DNA of 64,000 bases, from NCBI GenBank assembly GCA_977016875.1, contig CDRNST010000079.1, positions 1,612,001 to 1,676,000 of the forward strand, read 5' to 3'. Both the position numbers and the translations under genes were made by a program. The stretch comes from Pavona decussata (taxonomy: Eukaryota). This document shows, one piece after another, positions 58,271-64,000 of the stretch. Positions within the stretch are counted from its first letter, which is position 1. Each line of letters begins with the position of its first letter. The notes below the pieces were generated by a model, which was given only the letters and a program-made list of their open reading frames with translations, ran no database searches and was not told the origin of the DNA.

Positions 58271-60295
58271 ATAAACATTTAGCTGAATACAGGAGCCATA
58301 ATCGGGGATTGATAGTCGCACATTCAGACTGAATATTAATTAAAGGTATGTTTCTATCGGTCAGTTTTTTCAACTTAATTGGAGTGCTATTGAGAGTTGT
58401 CACCTTTGTGCACCTTCAAGGGAAAAAAAGGCCAACAAAAACCTAAAACAAAGGAAGAATGTGGGGCTTCATAACCATTGCCCTTTATTAACCATGGTAA
58501 TTCCTAGTTTATACAATTATCAACATTAATTTGCTGTTGAAGGTTTGCTTCATGCTTAGTAAGCATCTCTTAGCTTATATGTTGTTTCAGTCAATAAATA
58601 ACAATTCGCTTAATGATTCTGTTGTGAAAACACACCTTTTAGCTCTGGCGTAGGCCTCTTATTTGAAGTAAAGATCCAACAAACAAAAACCAGACAAACA
58701 AAGTTACCATTAGCCTAATTCGGCCACATTAATATGCAACATGTTGTTGCGTAGTTTGGCAGCCATTCAGAGCAACTATTAACTATTGTTGACTTGTTGA
58801 CAGAGTTGAATTTTGTCCTACGAGACGAAAGATGACTATGTAAGGTAATTTCATAAGGAATAAAACCTTAAGACAAGCAACTAAAGGAACGAGCTTGGAC
58901 TTTCGCAGCATCGTTGACCCAAACGTGCGCGAGAATAAGCAAACACATGCAGTTACATGTATTACGATTTTTAATCGAAGTGCATCAAGTAGCTACCAGC
59001 CACAATCAACTAAACGTCTTTTCTCATTTAATAAGAAACGATTAAGCGATTTTTCCATCGTTGGGTTTGCTTATGGTACGCGAATTGAGTGATCATGGTC
59101 AGTTATTTTCGTATTTAAATCAGACTTGCGAGGAAATCAGCCACTGCATCCTTCTTAAAAACATACCTTAACTACGCTAATAGCATTAACTTACCACTTA
59201 ATACTTACCTCTGATGTCGTTCAAAACTCTTTTAGGAAAGAAACAGCAGTAAAACCTCCAAGATACCAAGGACACTAGTCTCTGGTAAGCGGGGGCAAAA
59301 TGTCACGGTGTTTCAGTACATGAACAATTGCGGAATTGTCACAGCGCATCCACCAATGAGGTCTATTGCCCCGAGTTGCATGTAATTAAGTAAGGGTTAT
59401 TGGTCACATATCCCCGAGGGACAGGTCAATAACATGCTTATTTTTTGGTTGGTGAGGATGCTAATAGAAACAAGGACCTTAAGGTGGAAGTCTAGTACAT
59501 AACATTTTTTTAATCGCAGTAGTAGGCATGCAGGGAGATTTCAGCCGTCAAGATGTTTTTCTCAACTGTTTTCTGAACTTTGGATTATTCACCCAACAAT
59601 TTGTATAAACAATTGCTTTTGTCTGCTGGTATGCGTGGTAAACATGTTTGTCACTCTTGCATAATCACTGCATTCAGTACACTACACGTGGTTGAGCGGC
59701 TGCTGTTAAATTTTAGAAATAGTGTGCAGTCGGCTATCGTTCCGTGTGGAAACAACGATGAGCGTTTGTTAAGATTAAGTCTTTTTAACCGAAAACTTCT
59801 TACACTGTCTTTGCTGAACGGATTAGTGGTCGTATTCCTGCAAATGTAAAGAAAGCTACTAGTGGGACAGTACGAGTATGGAATGAGTGGTCGCCGATGA
59901 AAGAACCTCCCTTCCAACTAGTAGTCGACAAGAAGATGAGTTTGAGTTTGTTGTTGTGCCTGTTATTAAATTAGTAGCAGCAGCAGCAGTCGCTCCGAAT
60001 AGAATAATGAACAAAAAATATAGACGTGTGTAGAAGAGTAACCCTGAGATCGTCATAAACCTCATTAGGAGTACCTGATGGAGTCGCTCGACTAAAAACT
60101 CGCTCTACGGGCTGGAAAAGAGCTGGCTAGGAACAGAATTCATCAAACGGTTAACTGGCTGTAACGTTTCTAAATCTCTAGCCCGCTAAAACATTTTATT
60201 AAAATACCGGTTCTAGCTGGGTAAAAAAATGTCTCGCTTGTTTTTTTCTACCTGTCAGGCTCGTAAAAAATCGTATTTTACTTTTGGTGAATATC

Positions 60296-60587
60296 TGAGA
60301 ATGATGTATTATTCAGTGAATGACATTGTATTTTAATTAATAATACATCACATTTATTCCACTGCGCATATGCCACTCATTGACATTCCAATCCTAGCAG
60401 TATGCAGGATGTTTGTCCCGTGAACCTAGTTGAATGGCCTCAGCTCCGATCCCACGAGTCTCCTGTAGCTCAGTAGTAGAGCGTCCGATCTAGTAATCGA
60501 GATGTCTTGGGTTAGATTCCTGACGAGCACTCGGATTTTTAGCTTTTTCCGAGTATGCCTGTGTCATCACTGAATACATCATTCTCA
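60296..60587 (+). mobile_element. TIR-bounded element containing a decayed tRNA-Thr(AGT)-like sequence (~60459-60532)
   Basis: TGAGAATGATGTATTATTCAGTGAATGACA pairs with TGTCATCACTGAATACATCATTCTCA; A box TAGCTCAGTAG, loop CTAGTAA, degenerate B box GGTTAGATTCC. Confidence 0.7.
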
Positions 60588-61087
60588 CTCATGAGGATAA
60601 TTTATCTTTATTGTCAAAAAACATGCCATACGCGCAATAGACTCCACGGTATGTTTAAGGTATTTTAATATTTCGCACAATGTCCCCCTTTTTGTTAAAA
60701 AGCAATAATTTAAGTGTACAATATATACCCTATTTACTCGAAAACGCGCCGTCCCCGAATAAGAGCCACAATAATCCAGTTGCAATTGAACTAACATTTT
60801 TTACACAATTTACAACATTCGGCGCCAAGTTACACCTATCTTGAATTCTCACATGTTCGTTGTGGTTTGCTTTTCTTGTTACCGTATTTGCTCGATTGAC
60901 CTCTCAAATCCCAATACGAAAGTACACATTCTCCTTACAACTCTCCATATCGTAATCGTTGGGAGAATTTGTTGTTAAATCGAGACATTTATCTGTGGTG
61001 ATAAGATTAGTGAGACTGGGGAGAGACGGGCGCGCGAGGATGACACGCAAGAATCCACGCTTTCAGTGATTCTTTGCGAGTTGTTCT

Positions 61088-61348
61088 TGCCTGCGTACAG
61101 ACGTCTCCTGTTTCCTATGTTGCACTGACTCGGCAAAGGAAATACAGTCGAACCTCTTTATTACGGACACCAAAAGGAAAGGAATAAGTGTCCGCATTAT
61201 AGAGGTCTCCGTTTTAGACAAGTAGGCTTTATATGGATTTCGGTCTCTCAGGGACCAAGTGAACTGTCCGTAATGGAGAAGTGTCCGTAAGGAGAGGTCT
61301 CTGACTCTCTGTAAGGAGAGGTTCCACTGGATGTCTGCAAGCAGGCTA
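61088..61348. mobile_element. Small palindromic MITE hosting a nested Tc1/mariner-pogo-type MITE (61145-61329)
   Basis: Outer GCCTGCGTACAGACGTC pairs with GATGTCTGCAAGCAGGC; inner TA|CAGTCGAACCTCT pairs with AGAGGTTCCACTG. Confidence 0.75.
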
Positions 61349-61705
61349 CAGTTGTGAATGGTGGCAGATCACAATCACCTACCAAGCTAAAATCAAGGAC
61401 AAAAGGGTTGGTACAAATTCGCATTTACGATGTTTCCCTCCGCACGCGAAAGAACTGAACACGGTACGCGCAAACGATAAGTGACTGTCCATTCCCCGAC
61501 CTCCACCCCCTTACAAGGTTGATCCCGTGAAACAACAATGTCTTGTGGATTCCAACATTGTCCCGGCGGGAGGGGTGTGGCTAGAAAGATGGGTTTTAAA
61601 CGAAAAACGATCATGGCTTCATTGGTGAGCCACATTTGTCCTAACCCCTTTTGTTCTTGGTTTGAATTCTGCTTGGTGTGAATGGTGCGAGGGTTTTTCA
61701 ACAAA

Positions 61706-62498
61706 TTAACGCTCGGTACTAAATATGTGTTCAAGCTCCTCCAGAGATTTGCCTTTGGTTTCTGGTACGTAAACAAAGAAAAACACCCAACCGCAAAATG
61801 CGATTCCTCCGTAAAGCCAGAACGCTCCATAACGGGTGATCCACTCGGTCAACGAAAGGAACGTCATCGAAATTATCAGATTAAACGTCCAGTTTGTAGC
61901 GGTGGCAAAAGCATTTCCTGTACTACGAGCCCACAGAGGGTATATCTCTGAATTGATGGTCCAAGGCATTGGGCCCATACCAGGAGCGAACGCTGCAATG
62001 TAAAGTATTAGAGCCACAATAGCTAGCCAGGCATGTTTATAAGGGCAGGCAGCATACGACCAAGTGGTATGATGATTTGATACACTACACCTACCATACG
62101 CTGCATGGTAACTCGACCCATTGAATGGAACACATGATCCATTGATGGGATTGCTCTTTCCGTCCTTCACAGAACAAAATCCACACTTTGCTTTGAGGCA
62201 GTCTAAACAGTGCCCACTACTTGGACAATTGTCACTGACATTCAAAGGTACTACTTCCTGTAAGGATATCGAAGCATCGTGTTGCTTTGCCATAAAGAAA
62301 GCACCGCCTAGAAGGAATAGGCTAAATGTAACCCCAGCAAGGCTCCCAAGTAGAAGCTTTCGCCGGCCCATTTTCTCTACAAGACAGACACCTACAATGG
62401 TGAATGCAAAGTTACCAAAAGCCACTACTGCGGCCAACCAGATGGCGAGCTGGTCACCTTGGATACCAGACATTTGAATGATCGTTGCACTGTAGTAC
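61706..62498 (-). CDS. SLC2A13: Terminal coding exon of a proton myo-inositol cotransporter (HMIT, MFS sugar porter)
   Basis: Acceptor TTTCTAG|G then YYSATIIQMSG; VEKMGRRKLLLGS; large Cys-rich extracellular loop (C..C....CGFC...GRC...CP); FAPGMGPMPWTINSEIYPLWARS; PETKGKSLEE. Upstream exons are not recognised in this window. Confidence 0.93.
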
Positions 62499-62666
62499 CT
62501 AGAAACATTACGAAAATAATGTACATGAAAACTTTGAGCAAAATGGATGAAGTAACAATTTACTAAGCAGCCATCATTATGGCAATGCCACTTCCACAGT
62601 ATTTTTCGACGTACAGCTTTTACTTGTTTAACACAGCACCCTAGCTAACCTCAGGTATGACATTAA

Positions 62667-63120
62667 CCCTTTCCCTAACGAGACCCACTATAGTGGGTCC
62701 TGAACTCGTAACTTGGTCAGTATTTGCTCCATTACAGTGAAATTTTTTCAGCAAAATGGTCTTGGAAAGTTATTTGCATTTCAAAGGAAAAAATGCTATC
62801 CGCTGGTATCCATAATGTGGTTTACCACCCCTATGATTTGTTGAATATTTTCATTTAATGCATTTACAGACTCACATGTTTTAGGGTGTTCTATGCATTG
62901 AGCTACAGTTTTGGGGTATACCAATCACGAGCCGATCAGTGAAATTTTGAAGTTTTGAATTTTTCCGTTTTAAGACCTGACTTCCTTTAGTTATCTTGAT
63001 TTCAGAAATGAATTACACTCATCAAGACTTTTTAAACGGTATATTACATTAGCAAGCTGGGTTTTTCTTTTAAATTACCGTTTTGCAAAAATGGGCCAAG
63101 AAACCTTGGTAGGGAAAGGG
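62667..63120. mobile_element. piggyBac-type MITE in the SLC2A13 intron
   Basis: TTAA|CCCTTTCCCTA ... TAGGGAAAGGG|TTAA (TTAA target duplication, CCC ends). Confidence 0.9.
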
Positions 63121-63602
63121 TTAAGAAAATGCAATGAAAGGTAGACAAAACAGACAAATGTATTTCACTTAGATAAGCCACTCCAACCATTGTACAAGTG
63201 GTACTGGTACAGCTATGACTTATCACACACATGGAACTGAGTTTACAATGACTAAGGAAAAAATTCCAATGAATACCAGCTTAAATTAAATAGCCTCTTC
63301 CAAGGATTTTGTATTCAACAAACAATAAAATTTCAAAACAAAAAAAGATCCTTTACAAATTGGCGCATTCCATGCATACGCCACCGAGTTTAGCATATGA
63401 TTCTACTGAATGCCAGGTAAAATGGCCCACGCCATGGGGTTCGCATTCAAGAAACAGCACTACGAAAATTCCAAAAATATAAATGTAAATACAACCGAAA
63501 ATTACCCTCTCGCACTCATGGGCCCCACCAGTTAGTCAAGGGAGGGTTGTGATGGATGCTTTCAAATCTGATGCGGATTTCATGTACTTATGTACCGATT
63601 TT

Positions 63603-63880
63603 ATTAAATAGAGGATAGACCCTCACAAATATTTACACAGCTTAAACTAAAAGAGAGCCTGAAAACAATTAGGCTTGAATGGGATTCTTCTTCTTTTGAA
63701 TCTTTCACCTGCAGATGAAATATAATGTTTCATACATTCACATTCACTTATTCATCCTTCACAGGTAAATTGTCATGAATTCAAATCCCGTTCAAGCCTG
63801 ACTTTTTTCAGGCTTTCTTTTGCAACTGTTTTTAAAAGTTGCATATTAAGTAACTGTGAGGGTCTTTCTTCTATTTAATC
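63603..63880. mobile_element. Degenerate palindromic repeat element
   Basis: ATTAAATAGAGGATAGACCCTCACA...AGGCTTGAATGGGATT pairs with AATCCCGTTCAAGCCT...TGTGAGGGTCTTTCTTCTATTTAAT. Confidence 0.75.
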
Positions 63881-64000
63881 TTTCACCAACAGTTGAAATA
63901 CACGTATATGCTCACATATTCGTTTCACATACTGCTTTACTTACATAACGGTATTAATTCCTGAAAGTTGTTGTATTGCTTGTAACGCACAGCCGACCAG

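Larger units (their letters stand above)
55587..59208 (-). other. Probable 5'-UTR intron of the GT31 gene
   Basis: Donor AG|GTAAGTAT at 59209/59208; acceptor CATTTGTAG|G at 55587/55586, 116 nt upstream of the ATG; CCAAT at ~59352 near the putative first exon. Confidence 0.5.

Noticed and set aside
60459-60532. Functional tRNA-Thr gene
   Set aside because: The acceptor and T stems do not pair properly and the B box is degenerate.

Overview
This is AT-rich eukaryotic (animal) genomic DNA, most likely a cnidarian such as a stony coral. That call is an inference from the TTAGGG repeats, GT-AG introns, a Nin-type SINE and the mix of transposon families. The window is mostly decayed transposable elements. 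LTR retrotransposons: a near-complete BEL/Pao element (2106-9062), a Gypsy element on the minus strand, and a second BEL fragment. Tyrosine-recombinase (YR) elements: two head-to-head DIRS/Ngaro halves, a third Ngaro-type YR fragment, and a Crypton-like fragment. Others: a 3.8-kb foldback element with ~1.2-kb inverted arms, L2, CR1-group and L1/Tx1 LINE pieces, hAT remnants and many MITEs. Two host genes are well supported, both on the minus strand: an intact GT31 beta-1,3-galactosyltransferase with an intronless CDS (54511-55470), and the last coding exon of an SLC2A13-like myo-inositol transporter (61706-62498). Two in-frame exons encode a CaRF/MULE-like fragment (37270-38772). There is an assembly gap at 45731-45918. 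I found no clearly novel biological system. The best leads are the SAP-domain Gag Ngaro pair, the GNA-loop hairpin cluster around the Crypton ORF, the foldback element, and a duplication with an inversion through a hAT end. All family assignments come from motif recognition, not database searches.
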